This document shows positions 27,377 to 40,050 of a stretch of DNA of 64,000 nt, piece after piece. The stretch covers positions 678,922 through 742,921 of the forward strand of contig CM082579.2 in assembly GCA_040954595.2 (NCBI GenBank), given 5' to 3'. Position numbers and translations under genes: made by a program. Under the pieces are notes generated by a model. It did no database searches. It had not been told where the DNA came from and worked only from the letters and a program-made list of their open reading frames with translations. This DNA is from Balanoglossus misakiensis (taxonomy: Eukaryota; Animalia; Hemichordata). Numbering within the stretch: position 1 is the first letter of the stretch; each line of letters opens with the position of its first letter.

Positions 27377-30300
27377 AATATAGTACTAAAAGTCACGGTC
27401 ATCAACATAAAAAAAAACATTGCTAACACTGAGAAACATTTAGGAGGATGACGTGAAATGCAATACTTTTTTTAACAGACAATGTCAATCGACAGCAAAT
27501 TTTCTATATATATCATCGGCATCGCACGGTAAACTTAGAGGTTACATCGCGAAATCGAATCTGACTTGAATCATTCTGCCAGCTTCCATGTTGACCTCTG
27601 ACCCTCAGCTAAAGTCTCATTTGTAAGAATACACCGAATTTGCAAAATCTATTTAAATCGTTTATTATTAGCAATATCCGAGGAACATCTACGATGTCAA
27701 CTTGATTTAATTCCTTGACTGGTCGAACTTGGCACATAAACGCCCAATTGGAGCAATATTTCTACAATTATATAAACAACGTCCCGAATTACATCTTGGA
27801 AAGTGGATGTAAAACTGCAGTAAAACGGAACTGTAATTGTATGGACTGCATAGCCAGCCCAACGAGCCTCGCGGGAAGAATTAAGCAACAAATTACCTTG
27901 GTAGGGAGCTATATTTTACCAGACCTTAATCTGACAGAAGTGAAGCAACCTTGACACGTGAGATGCTTGCTATTTCTAAACTATGACGTTGTAATTCACG
28001 ACGTACGGAAATTAAATCTCCAATCTTGTTGTAACTACATTGACCGTAACTCCTACAAGCACAATTACCTGCACGAGGGAGGCTATTTAGTGTGTGATGT
28101 AGTGGACGAGTTTAACGTGTTTGCTCATTCTAAATCGCAATTCTAAATGGTTGTACGTGTGTTTTTGCTCGTGTTGTTTTCATCGCAAGATGTAATATGA
28201 CGTTTTATGTAATATTGCGTTTGACGTCAACTCAATATTCCTTGACGATATTATACCCGAGCAGCTGACGATGAGGTTGTGTATATGGATAGTTTGTTCT
28301 GTTTGGAAACTTCTGAAACAACCGACGCAGTCTCGTCTTGAAACCAGTTCAGTCTGACACTGGCATACTTAGCGACAAATGACATATCGAAATGGACAGT
28401 CGACGATAACATCGACGATTTTGAGATTGACAGGCTGTCAGGTCACTTAGTGTTCTCCTTTGATACGTATCAGATAAAGCATGTCGATGGAATGACTAAA
28501 ACATAACAGTTTAAATACACTGTCTGGAATACAATGCTTGCTATGACCATGCGATTTGGAAGTCACGTCAAAGTGATAAAATCAGACTACTAGTATTTCA
28601 ATTGAAGAGGAATTGCTGATTACGGTCATTCGAAGTCGTGGTCCCGTGGCCAGGCCATATAGTTGGACTGCTTTCAATCAAACTAGTTCAACAAAGCCAC
28701 GGGCTGTATGCTTACTCTGGTTTATCTGTGTATGTCTTGTAGAACACATTGTGTGAGGGTAAATAGCTAGTTAAGCAACCTTTCAACAAGGCAAAATCAG
28801 TTTAAGACGGAATGATCTGACTTTGAGCTTTTAGGCCTTTATAAACCACAAAACATGTCGTCAACTTAACTTTATAAAGGGGCACTGTCACCCTGTGCGC
28901 ATGATCAGAATTTTGTGTCTAACCAAACAAACTTGTCGCACACGTTGCGGGTACAGCTTTCTTTCAACCTAATCTTTGCGCCAGCAGCTCAAAGTATGTT
29001 TTTGTTTTTAACATTTGTCCAAGAAGGGAAATCTTTCTTCTGTAATAGTGCTTCTAGTTTTTCTATACAAGACATAGTTACTTTTTAAGGCATCGAGGAG
29101 AAGCAATAAGTCCTTAACAAGTCACGCAGAGATAAGAATTTTTGAGAAACACCTTAATAACACAAGATTATCCGGTCAGCATGATGGTGGTATTATATGT
29201 CACCAGAGGGCGTGAATTTAACTTAAAGGAGGAGATGGAATGCAGCATAGCATGCAGTGCACGCTTAATGAAATATTCACAAAGATTAATTGCACTTAAG
29301 ATTTCCCAGGGGAACCTCATTCAGCGTTCAAACAAGTTAATTATGGCATAAATCAGCCGCACGCTAGATGGACAAACACCGTACAAACCCTTCGACATGC
29401 TTGTTTTCAATGATGAACATTTGAAGAGAGACTCATTTGCCTTTCACGTGTTTCTAAAATATGCTTTCTGCGTGCAAGAGTCTGGACAAAAAGCCCAGAC
29501 CAAGTATCCAATTAACGATCGAAATGTATCATACTCGTTTATTTCAACGTATCAATATGTATGGCATCGATTGTACGTTTACTTCCCATCGAAATACTCG
29601 TTTGTACACCGGGATCACAGCGCGGAAATAAATCTGATTTGCAAAAGCTTCGTGTAATAGTGAAAGCTTAAAAGGAAATCTGAGACGCATTTACATGAGA
29701 GGTTTACTCGGCTATTGTATACGACACAGAAAACTGGATGAAAACATGGCAACGATACGTCATTAATGGTACAATCGCAAGTTTGAAGAATTTCTGTTCG
29801 GTTTAGTCATCCAATCTATCATGTAAATATTTACACATCAAATACGTGTTTGGAAGATTTAAAGCTTAAAATAAGCCACTATTTTTATTTCAACAACATG
29901 CCCATATATTTATCTCGTACTTACGCAAACGGTTTACAAATTCAATCATTAGCAGTTTGCTGGTAAGCCTTCTCTCCATTAAAGACATCTATGTTTTCCA
30001 CTCAGGAGAAAAATAGTTAAATTTTCACAAAGAAAGTATGAGAAAGGGGTCAGAACCTCGATTTTTGGAGTTTGGACAGCGTCAGAAATATAAACACAAA
30101 ACCAAATCGGTAACCCCGACTGTGTTTTAGTGGTAAAGACTACAGCACCAGAACTCTTTCGATTTATCAAGATTCACAGATCACGTGTCCACTTAACTTT
30201 TGGCATGTGCATAGCGAGTGACACAATTGAAAACTGGCTGAAATGGCGGCTTTGTAACTATGGATACACAGAAATGCGCGTTTGCCCTAATTGGATTAGC

Positions 30301-33300
30301 GACTGTCACCTTACACGACACCAACCATTATCTATTTGGCTGACTTCACGCTCACTGCTACTTGACTTTCTCTGACGCCCATTTATATCTGGGTTTTTTT
30401 TCCTTGGCCTAGTTCTTAGTGGCACTTAACCTTGATTCTTAGGCGTTATTATTAACATTTCAACTTGCATTACTGGCATCTTGTCGGTAGGCGTTAAAGA
30501 CACGTTCACCTTAACGCAGTATGTACACTGCAGATGAGAGAAGTTAGAACATTTTCACTTATACTCTAGTAATAATAACTTTATGCAATATTAGATCCAT
30601 CAGAACAGTTTTTATTCTTCCTTCAAATAACATGTCCTAAACATGTCCCCTTACGCGTTAGACTACATACCCAGCAGACTGTAAACCATTCCCTTGTTGA
30701 TTGCATTTTCAACTTAATTCCACAGTCAGACGCACCCCGCTGTTTTACCTTGATAGAAACATGGCCATTGTCATACAGGTTCCTTTGCTCTACTTTTTTA
30801 AGCTTGTATAAAACCCTGCAACACGATATTTGCATTACCGGGTCACGCCACCCCACGGTTTACTTCAGGTTGTCATGGAGGCCCATAACACGCCTTATAA
30901 CAAGAGTTAATAAATTCCATATGAAGACAAACACATAATGTCAAAATGGAACTGGGAAATGTATCAATCAACGGACTAATGATTTCAATGTAGCCTTCTG
31001 TAACCTTTGTTTATGAGACTGATCCGCGATATTGCTTGATGAAATGAGAAATGGGAAAAAGAACTCCGTAACCGGTTACGGGGTTATCAACCTTTGTGCC
31101 TGATGGCAAAGTTACTTTGTGTCGATGCCGGTCCGATGGATTTAATCAAAATAACTTTGGGTGGTTCTGTCGGACGCTAAGGTAACTCCTGTCTGCTGAA
31201 GAGTGAATATATCGAATCCAATATCGCCAAATGTTGTTATGGCAACGATGTCGATTGCTCTACGAAGAAAGATCCGCCATGAATTATTGAGTGAGAGTAG
31301 ATATTATACAATGAACACTATTTAATTTGGCCAATCATATGAAGGCATTTAAATAATAAGTACGTATTGGTTGTATGCCAGGTGTATTTGCTTGTTAGAT
31401 TTACTATGTATTTGCATGTATTTGCATGTTACGTTCGGACGCTGGTTGAGGATGACGTCACACATTCCAACAAAATTGATTGTATCATTAACACACAAGG
31501 CGTGCGAGGTCAGTTCCATTTCGATTTTTGAGTACACTTGGAAAGTAAATTTGCCGGGAGGGATGTATCAGTATGTCGAGCTGTTACAATTATATTATTG
31601 TATCTGTCTATCAATCGCGATATTTTATAAGACCCAGTGAGCGAAATGCCAAGATGCAATACATCCAAGGGAAAGATATGGTAAGCGTGCTCAATTTTGA
31701 GATAAACTTCGTTGAATGTTTTATTTCTTTGCGGAATCTGGAACATGTCAGTGTTGACTGATGCAAACACTGCAGGTTAAGTATCACCAAGTGACCGAGT
31801 GGGCTGTGAAATGTTTCCACTGTGGTTGAAATTTATATGCCCTGAAATGTTGAAACATTTATGACATTAAATTTCACAAAGCTGCTCAGACAGTAATGGC
31901 ACCTTGTGTTTGCAGAACGTACGTTAGTCTCTCCTCTTCAAAGACAGGCCGAAGAAATATGACCATCACTTGAAGAACCCATAAACTTATCGTAGTTGAC
32001 CTCAACTGGTCATCCACTACGTATTTTTGTCGCGTTCTTTAAGTGAAAACATTCCCGAACTACGGTTCTCGACTTAGCCATAAATTAGACTTAGCCACGT
32101 GACAGACATCAATAAAAAAACGCTGGTCGAAGTGTCTTTCAGATCGTCTACATTAAGTTGTTATAAACATCCCAGGTATGACCAGAATGTCACCATTCCA
32201 GTCCATCATCGGGGATGTAATTACAAAAATGCCTCCGATGAAACGATCGAATTGTTTCAGGTTAATAGTAAACTGTCTTCTTCTTATTCATTTGAGTCCC
32301 GGTGGTGAGGCAAGACATATTTATCTGTTTCAAACGATAAACGTAAATCTCCGGAATTCTTTTTAAAAGCTATTACGCTCCGGTTGAGAGTAATTCGTAT
32401 GCCTCGATCCCCGTAGGTCTTAAACAAAGCAGCTGGCCCAATGGCACTAAACCGGAATTATATAAGTTTATTACAATTCCTGTTTTATTGCTGAGTCGTA
32501 AGCTCCGTCAACGCACGTTGTGTAAGCTATAACGTCAACAAATCTGTTCGCCATGAATTCATAACTGGTGTCGCTAAAGGTCTGTATGTGACAACGTATC
32601 TCCACCACAAAAATAAATCATCTTAGTTCATTGTACGCGATATGAGAATTCAATATCGGGTCTCAAAAAATATGCGTTGTCTGTTGGTAATAGCAAGACA
32701 GATTGACATATTTTGTTACACCCACACTCGCCCTCATGCTTCTCTTTGTCTACATCGATGCAATTGTCTTCAGTATGTACTCGTCTGTTTTATGTTTGCA
32801 TTCGACATTATGAACTTTTCTCTCCGTTTTTTTTGAACGTCTGAGCTTGCAGTCGCATGTGGCATAATTTTCAGACCGTTTTTTTTTCATAAAGCGTAAA
32901 CGATATCCGGTGGTAAAAGCCAATCCATCTGTCAAGATAAGCTCTTTTTTGCAAGTGTTCACGATTAAGAATGTACCGTTCGTGGTAATCCAATGCGATT
33001 GTAGGCTTAATCTAGTAATTTCCTGTTCGAACTTGAAACCTGCGCGACCTGATGGCTTCAGTTGCAATTAAATGATATCTGCTCTCTCTCTATAGAGGCT
33101 ATGTGCTCTATTAAGGTGGAGTGGCTAAGAATAGATTCAAATGTTACATGTACCATAACACTGCATAACATTGCATCTGTATGTACAACAAGGCGAAAAC
33201 CTAGATTGGATCTTGGAGTATTCATAGAGCAGTTGGAAAACAATTTGAAAGGTCACATTCAGAATTTCAATCCCGCGCACCTTGTATTGAGGTCAATCTC

Positions 33301-35113
33301 TTCTTCCATGTTTTTCGTCCTTGAGAGCAATTGTGATAAATTTGCCAACACACCATGCGCGTGCGCAAGGACTCGCAGCTGCATGTCTGTGTAAGTTATA
33401 GCAGTATTGTGTTATGTACAAGACTAAAACCGAGGGAACATTACTGCGTATCTAAAGTGCCCAGATGTATTTCAAAATTTCAGCGTCTATCGAGGCTTTC
33501 GTTAGAGATTGCTTAAAACGAGACCCTGTCACGTGGGAATGAAGTCGAACAGTGGCAACTGTTGTACATGTATTGATATGAGACAGGACCGGAAATACAC
33601 CCTCTCGAAAATGAGGACTTCTGGGAGGAAAATATAGAGCATGCGCGATCGACCTCTGGAGCTCCTTTCAAATTGCTGGATAATGGCTCACCATTGATGA
33701 CTCTCTCAATGTTTTACACATGAATTTTAGAGTGGTAGTACATGAAGTCAAAAGTCTATTTTCTTGTTGATCACACGGCGGAAAATGTAACTAATACACT
33801 ATAGATTGTTTATTCAACCGATTTTTATGCCTGTTGGTCGATAGAGTATTGACTGCTGACTTAACTAGCGTCAGAATTAAACTACGCAATCACACCTATG
33901 GTGAAAAGAAGTAACGATCGTGATATATATTTCCAAATGGAACTGTTTTTAAATAGCAACTTCATTAATATCAGAACACTCGTAAATTCCCAGCGCACAT
34001 CTAATCCACCGCCACGTAAGATTTGTGATAGGCAAGGAGACGTTCGTTATATTAGTCGTGGAATGCATCGATTACAACCTCTAACAGTCATAAGCTTTTA
34101 GCAAAGAATGGGTAATATCTGTTTCAGAATTGTATTCTACTAAACTACATTTCATGTGTATTATTTAAAACACTTTGAGGCTTGGAAAGCAACTGTTTTT
34201 CCCACGCCTGTATACTATTGCTATAGCAAAGTCAATATTCACTCAAACGAGAGTTGAAAGTTCAATAGAAAGTTGATAGTACAGAGTTGCGGATGTTTTA
34301 AATCGGTATTAACAAAGGTGAAGGTGTTTCGTTTTTTTTTTATTATCGAGAAAGTGGTTTTAAAGCTGCAAAAGTACCTCGTCAATTTCATTTTGAATCT
34401 CACAAGTAATTGCAATGGAATGAAATGCTCGGAGGTTTACGTATTAGACTGTTTCGAAAGTAACGGTGTTCTCATTCTTTGATTTGCATATTTGACGATA
34501 ATGCATCAGAGTGAACACTTAACATGCTGACCATGCGTTTGTAACAGCCAGCTGACATCGCGTGTTTCGTCTCCAATGGACATTGAAGCATTGATTTCAA
34601 TTAGAGAGTAAGAGATAGGAGAATATGCGAACTCATGGCTTTCGATATTCCAGTGTATCCGTCTGATGTTTGACCGCACGGTGAGGTTATTGAATGTAAA
34701 AAGAATAAGTTGCATTCTTCCATAGATTATAAACATATACTTTCGCTCATATTCCAATAAGCGAAAGCAGGTAAACACTCAGAAACGGTTCGTTCTAACG
34801 ACGCCGTTTCTTCTTTTGCAGATTTGATCGCCAAAGCAAGAGTGATGATCTGGGAACGTGACTGGTGTATTGAAGGAGAACTTTCTACCAAGACGCATTC
34901 TGGGAACTGTCAACTTGCTTCTGTCAGACCACGTTATTGGCACTAAACCAGAGCCTAACGCCGACAAGATCTCCTTCAAGACGAGCTCGCTGGAGGATTA
35001 CCGCGTCACTCCACGTTCTTGTCATGCCCAGTAGTGTACTCCAGTGGCCAGGCTAAGGGCTTCACGAGAATGACTGTTTTCCCCGCGACATTAGAGCAAT
35101 CGCAGACTCCACC

Positions 35114-36733
35114 ATGAACAATAGCACGCTTGAGTATGATGGACTTTCCTATGGCAATGTAAGTGTACATGAAATGTGGAGTTTATCTCACATGCTTCTG
35201 GCGTCCATATCAGCTGGTGTGGTGAGCATCATAACCGTTGTAGGGAATCTTATGGTCATCCTGGCATTCATCACTGATAAACGTATACGCACTGCCAGCA
35301 ATTGCTTCTTGGTTAGTATGTCAACTGCCGACTTAATGGTTGGCATATTTTCTATGCCTTTATACACCATGTATTTAATCCTAGAGTACTGGCCTTTAGG
35401 ACCGGATATCTGCGATTTTTGGCTTTCCCTGGATTACGTCTGCTGTGCAGCATCTATTATGGGAATATTGACCATCAGCATCGATCGTTATCGATCACTT
35501 TCTCAACCCATGATCTATCGCAATAAGATGACGAAACGACATTCGGTCATTATCATCCTCGTCACTTGGTTGTTTTCGCTGTGTCTGTTCTTTATTCCAA
35601 TTATGGGATGGCAATACTTCGAAGGCAAACGCACTATACCAGAAGGGGTGTGTGAAGTTCAGTTCCTGAAGGACCCGTACTTCACCACGGGTTCCATCGT
35701 GGTGGCGTACTGGCTCCCATTGTTGGTTATTTTAACTGTTTACATCAAAATCTACATGATGACGAGAGACCTGGTGAAACTGCAATCTGCAAAGGAAGGA
35801 GACATCGAGATAAGACGCCATTACAGCAAACAGTTTGTGTCAAAGCGATATTCTGTCGTTTCCAATGGCAACAGCCCGAATTCTAGCCCGCGTCAACGAC
35901 GCAGCTCAGTTTGTTCTGTCGTTAATGGCGGATTACTCAAAACCTCCATGTCAGGTTACCACCTGAGAAAACCAAGCCTCGACGAAATTCGAGAAGTTTC
36001 TGAAACATCGTCGCGAGGAGAGAGGGAGCGGTTTGCTGAAGAGGACGTTGATGCTGATGAATTCAGACCCTGCTTGTCTCGCGAAAATGATACGTCACGT
36101 GACAACGATTTGCAAGGGCCAAATGCCAACTGTCATTTTGAAAAGTCTCCTGAGCCTGAGCGCCGTCGAAGTTCAGATATTAATGGTCAGCATCAAACCG
36201 ACAATTCAAAACTTCCATCGACAAATCGGAGGAAAATTTCTGTAACATTTCGGGAGGACAGAGTTTTACTGGAGGAGATTGAAAAAGCACAGAAGTCATC
36301 AAGGAGGAAAAGTTTCTCAGTTTTTAACTCTCCTAACCTCGAAGATGCAGAGACAAGACGCAATAATAGCATACGTGAACGGAAAGCCCTGACAACACTA
36401 AGTGCAATTCTGGGCTCTTTCATTGTGTGTTGGACTCCATACAGCATTTTCGTCATCGTTCTTGGATTTTGTCCGACTTGTATCAATGCACGACTATATG
36501 CTGTCAGTTACTGGCTGTGTTACATCAACAGTGCATGTAACCCTTTTTGTTATGCATTTTCCAATCAGCAATTTCGTGCAGCTTTCAAGAGATTGCTCAC
36601 GTGTCGACGACACGTTCCTAAATGGACTCCTAGTTTGAGTACAACGATGAACGTCAGAAGCCGAGCGTTGTCTGTCATTTCACAAGATGGCGTACCGGTT
36701 TACCACCGAGCTTTTGTCGACACAGCTTTCTGA
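35114..36733 (+). CDS. Intronless class A aminergic GPCR, muscarinic acetylcholine receptor-like (539 aa)
   Basis: It has seven hydrophobic segments and the motifs GNxxV (TM1), STADLMVG..SMPLYT (TM2), WPLG..CDFWLSLDYV with Asp3.32, DRY, CEVQFL (ECL2), a long Ser/Arg-rich ICL3, RERKA, CWTPY (TM6) and YWLCYINS..NPFCYA (TM7). N-glycosylation sequons NNS and NVS are at the N-terminus, and the start context is ccaccATG. The motifs are closest to the muscarinic/histamine branch; a subtype cannot be assigned. Confidence 0.92.
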   Translation: MNNSTLEYDGLSYGNVSVHEMWSLSHMLLASISAGVVSIITVVGNLMVILAFITDKRIRTASNCFLVSMSTADLMVGIFSMPLYTMYLILEYWPLGPDICDFWLSLDYVCCAASIMGILTISIDRYRSLSQPMIYRNKMTKRHSVIIILVTWLFSLCLFFIPIMGWQYFEGKRTIPEGVCEVQFLKDPYFTTGSIVVAYWLPLLVILTVYIKIYMMTRDLVKLQSAKEGDIEIRRHYSKQFVSKRYSVVSNGNSPNSSPRQRRSSVCSVVNGGLLKTSMSGYHLRKPSLDEIREVSETSSRGERERFAEEDVDADEFRPCLSRENDTSRDNDLQGPNANCHFEKSPEPERRRSSDINGQHQTDNSKLPSTNRRKISVTFREDRVLLEEIEKAQKSSRRKSFSVFNSPNLEDAETRRNNSIRERKALTTLSAILGSFIVCWTPYSIFVIVLGFCPTCINARLYAVSYWLCYINSACNPFCYAFSNQQFRAAFKRLLTCRRHVPKWTPSLSTTMNVRSRALSVISQDGVPVYHRAFVDTAF

Positions 36734-36745
36734 GTAACCTAATTG

Positions 36746-36785
36746 CAAACAAACAAACAAACAAACAAACAAACAAACAAACAAA
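36746..36785. repeat. (CAAA)n microsatellite just after the GPCR stop codon
   Basis: About 9 perfect CAAA units are visible. Confidence 0.9.
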
Positions 36786-38339
36786 AATAATGTTTTGCCT
36801 GATCAACTGAAGAACATATCTTCGATCTGATCACTTTACAACAATAACATTTTTTCGGAAATCTGATTTTAATTCTCAAGCAAATAAATGACGATTGTTA
36901 TTTTCAGTTTTATAATTTTCCGAGCAACTATTGCATGTTTAGCTGCATGCAGATTATGTCGAAATAAAATCCAAGTAATGCATTCTGTCACGGTTGCACT
37001 CAGTGTTTTCTGTAATTTCCATATCAATAAGATAATTTTGCAATCATTCATGCGAGAATTTCACATTTGTTCAACCTGAGACGAATATACCGTACACTTT
37101 ACCAGTCCCAGGTTCTCCTCACAGTCATTTGTTTACACATTCAACGCTTTACAGTTACTTTAGTTCACCCGACTTTTATTCGCTTAGAAATTTTCAATTT
37201 AAACTGTCCACAGGAGGCATATAAAACTTGCAAGGCTTTACAGGGAAACCATTAGAACGGTACAATGCGTTCTGAATCGTGATAGCAACTAGGGTTCGCC
37301 CACTGTATTAACGACGTTGACCTTGGCCTTGCCCATACATATCTCAAAATGAGTTTTTACTTTAGCCTTGTGGAAATTGTACAGAAAATTGAGCTACGCG
37401 CACGACAATCTTGTTTTACGCTTATTGAAGTCATATGACGTATGTGAATACACTAGATGAAAGTCTCAGCCGAAAGACAGTTCCGGGAAAATTCCCGCTT
37501 GATGTTGTCGGCAGAAGAAGTAATTGTCTTTGATTTACTTTTGGTGACAATCTTATCCAATGTCTCCGCTACATCATATCAAGAAACACTGACTAGTAAT
37601 CTGCCAGGACTGTATCACGTGACCAGCAGGTTATAGCCCCTTTCAAGAAACAAATCGAATGAACACCGCAATCCGGAAGAGTTTCTGTCTGCGTAAAAGA
37701 GAATAGGAAATGGCGATAATTTGTAAATTAAAAACGCATGAAAAGCTGGGTATCGCAATAACCCCAATAGAAGTATATAGCGAAAGATATCATAATACTA
37801 CCAATGATGACAGTTTCAGGTTTAGTTTAATCTATAATTACAGATACAAAAATCAAATTTGCAGAGACATGAGGAAACGCGAAAGCTTCAGTTTTACAGT
37901 GATATGGAACTTTGCCCGTTTTAAATTCGCATGTGTTTGCATTGGTGTATATAAACTCACACTTTGACATTTTGAACGTAAAAGGATTGTGACAAAAATA
38001 TACCTGGGCAAATTGAATTGAATGGGAACAAGATTTTGGCGTTGTGCAATTATGATATTTCTCCAGGCAGTGTTGGCTATAGCCATACCATATCATTGCG
38101 GCGTTAGATTAACTCATTCACGTGAACATGTGCAAGGAACGACAGAGCCAAAACCGATAGCGTCGACAGAATCTGCGCCGCCACGTCAACAGAAATTTGC
38201 CTTCAAGTATATGACTTTGGAATTATCGTTCTTTGCGACACGCATGTCTTTGTTTTGATTGACAATAACCCGGAGTCTTGGATTTCTGTCACAGTGAAAA
38301 CCAATAGAAATAATTTTCATTCATCATCCAGCGGGCGTA

Positions 38340-38492
38340 AAGCCCATTTACAGGATGATGTACCCACCACTCCTGGGTAAGAAACATTGAGAAGTAAATT
38401 GCCTTGCTCAAGGGGACATCAGTGCTCGCTCTGGGTCTCCGTTCTCTCATAGTGAGATCGGTAACTCAATTACTACTCAACGATGCCTTCAC
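38340..38492 (-). mobile_element. Degenerate SINE-like fragment
   Basis: The minus strand reads TGTCCCCTTGAGCAAGGCAATTTACTTCTCAATG..TACCCAGGAGT..GGGTAC. This resembles the recalled central block of metazoan tRNA-derived SINEs (GTGTCCTTGAGCAAGGCACTTTAC...CACCCAGGTGT..GGGTAC). A and B boxes are not clearly preserved. Confidence 0.45.
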
Positions 38493-38615
38493 CAATTCCT
38501 ACATGCAAGGGATATTCTAAATCGTGAATAAAATCAGAGATATTATAGTTACGGCTGTGCTAATTGTTGTCCCGGTAACACTTGGAGGAAGAGAAGGGAA
38601 AGGTAGGTGTATTTG

Positions 38616-38663
38616 TTGACTGACTGACTGACTGATTGGTTGGTTGGTTGGTTGGTTGGTTGA
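38616..38663. repeat. Compound (TGAC)n(TTGG)n microsatellite
   Basis: Directly visible in the sequence. Confidence 0.9.
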
Positions 38664-39034
38664 CCGTAGACCACCATTTATAGGAACAATATCTTTAATA
38701 ACATCATTAATATGCATGCCACACCCACCAAAATCTAATAAGTGCTTGTCATTTAGAACTTTGAGATGTCGTTAACACAGATCCAAAGGAACGCATACGC
38801 ACACAGAGACACGTACACTGACAGACAGAAAACACACTTCTTGTTAGAAGCAGAGAGTAAAATTATGGGTCAGTGTTCTCCCCAGAGCATTAACGCATAG
38901 TGGCAACTAGTCTTTAATTTTGAAAAGACAAAAGAGTTTAATTAACACAACAATTCCGACATTGTTATGTACGACGACGATGCTGATTATCCCCTGTTTC
39001 GGATGTGGAATCGTCTGATTTTCAAAATGTCACA

Positions 39035-40050
39035 ATCTCGTTGCTGATTGGTTCGAGTCACCTGGACTACCTGGACATGGTAATTACCGTCTACCATCCG
39101 GGCATTTTCGTAAAAGACGACCACGCTGCTCAGCGCACGTAGGCTTCAGTTTGATGCGGAGCGCAGACAACTCAACACCAGAGTTTCTGCGCTGTTTTTT
39201 GCTGTAAAGTCCACGGTAAGTAAAATAACAGAAGTAGACACAACTACTCAGTTATTGACCAGACATATATGTTATATTTTGGAAAATTCGGGACAACCAA
39301 GTCACACGGCCGACGAGCACTGAAAAAGAACACGCGTCACAGTCAAACAGCTCGAGTCAGCTGTGTTTCACTGCGTTTGAATTTACCCAACCTGAAATGC
39401 ACGGTTTATTAGACTAGTCGGTGTTATAACTCTACCGGTGGGCGGTACGCTCAAAACACGATACATTTTTTTTCTGGAAGGGGGGAGTACGGTGGAATGG
39501 TAGCGGGTACACGTGAGGTCAGTGTTTTTGGTGTACAGTGATCACGGTAGATTTTTTGTTTCAAGTTCATGGCTAATAATAGACATTCACTTCAACGTAC
39601 TTCTACTTGTTTTGCAGATGCGAGGACCACATGAACCGATAATGATATCCAGCCACCAAACTGAGGCCGCCATGCAACCACGTGGATGCTATGATGTTAC
39701 AAGCCAGATGAACAAGTAAGCCATATTTATATGTACATTTTGAATTTTTCTCGAGTCTGACTGGTGCCGGTACCCAGCTCAGCGCAATATGTGGATGTCA
39801 TTTCGGAGTTTTAAATCCAACGTCTTTATGTTATGGCACAAACAAGTTCATCGGCTTTAAATGCATCGGAAGGTGCCCAACGTTGTTGTGTGAGAGTGTG
39901 CGCGCGCGTGTGCATGTGTTAATGTAAGCTGTATGTTTGGGCCATGCAACTGTGACTACACGAGGTGAGCGCTTGTATATTCCATGGCTGAGTGAAGTGG
40001 ATGCTACCTTATTTGAAGCAGTATTTAACAAGTAAGTGATATAGACGTAA
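39035..40050 (+). repeat. Cassette copy 1: promoter/exon-like segment homologous to 56635-58030
   Basis: Collinear shared blocks include TGCTGATTGGTT, CCACGCTGCT, CGGTAAGTAAA.TAACAGAAGTAGACACA, GCGTCACAGTC..ACAGCTCGAGTCAGC, TAGCGGGTACACGTG, TGGATGCTATGATGTTACAAGC, TCTGACTGGTGCCGGTA, TTTGGGCCATGCAACT and AACAAGTAAGT.ATATAGAC. Confidence 0.9.

Noticed and set aside
11800-34800. Numerous 60-134 aa ORFs in the intergenic region
   Set aside because: They show no recognisable domains, have random composition and form no chain of phase-compatible exons. No transposase or reverse-transcriptase motifs were seen.
35188-36638. Alternative-frame and antisense ORFs within the GPCR
   Set aside because: These are short shadows of a real coding sequence with no independent support.
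38728-38862. Fragment resembling the end of a Helentron-associated repeat (ACCAAAATCTAAT...ACAGACAGAAAAC)
   Set aside because: Too short and degenerate to support a call without a library search.
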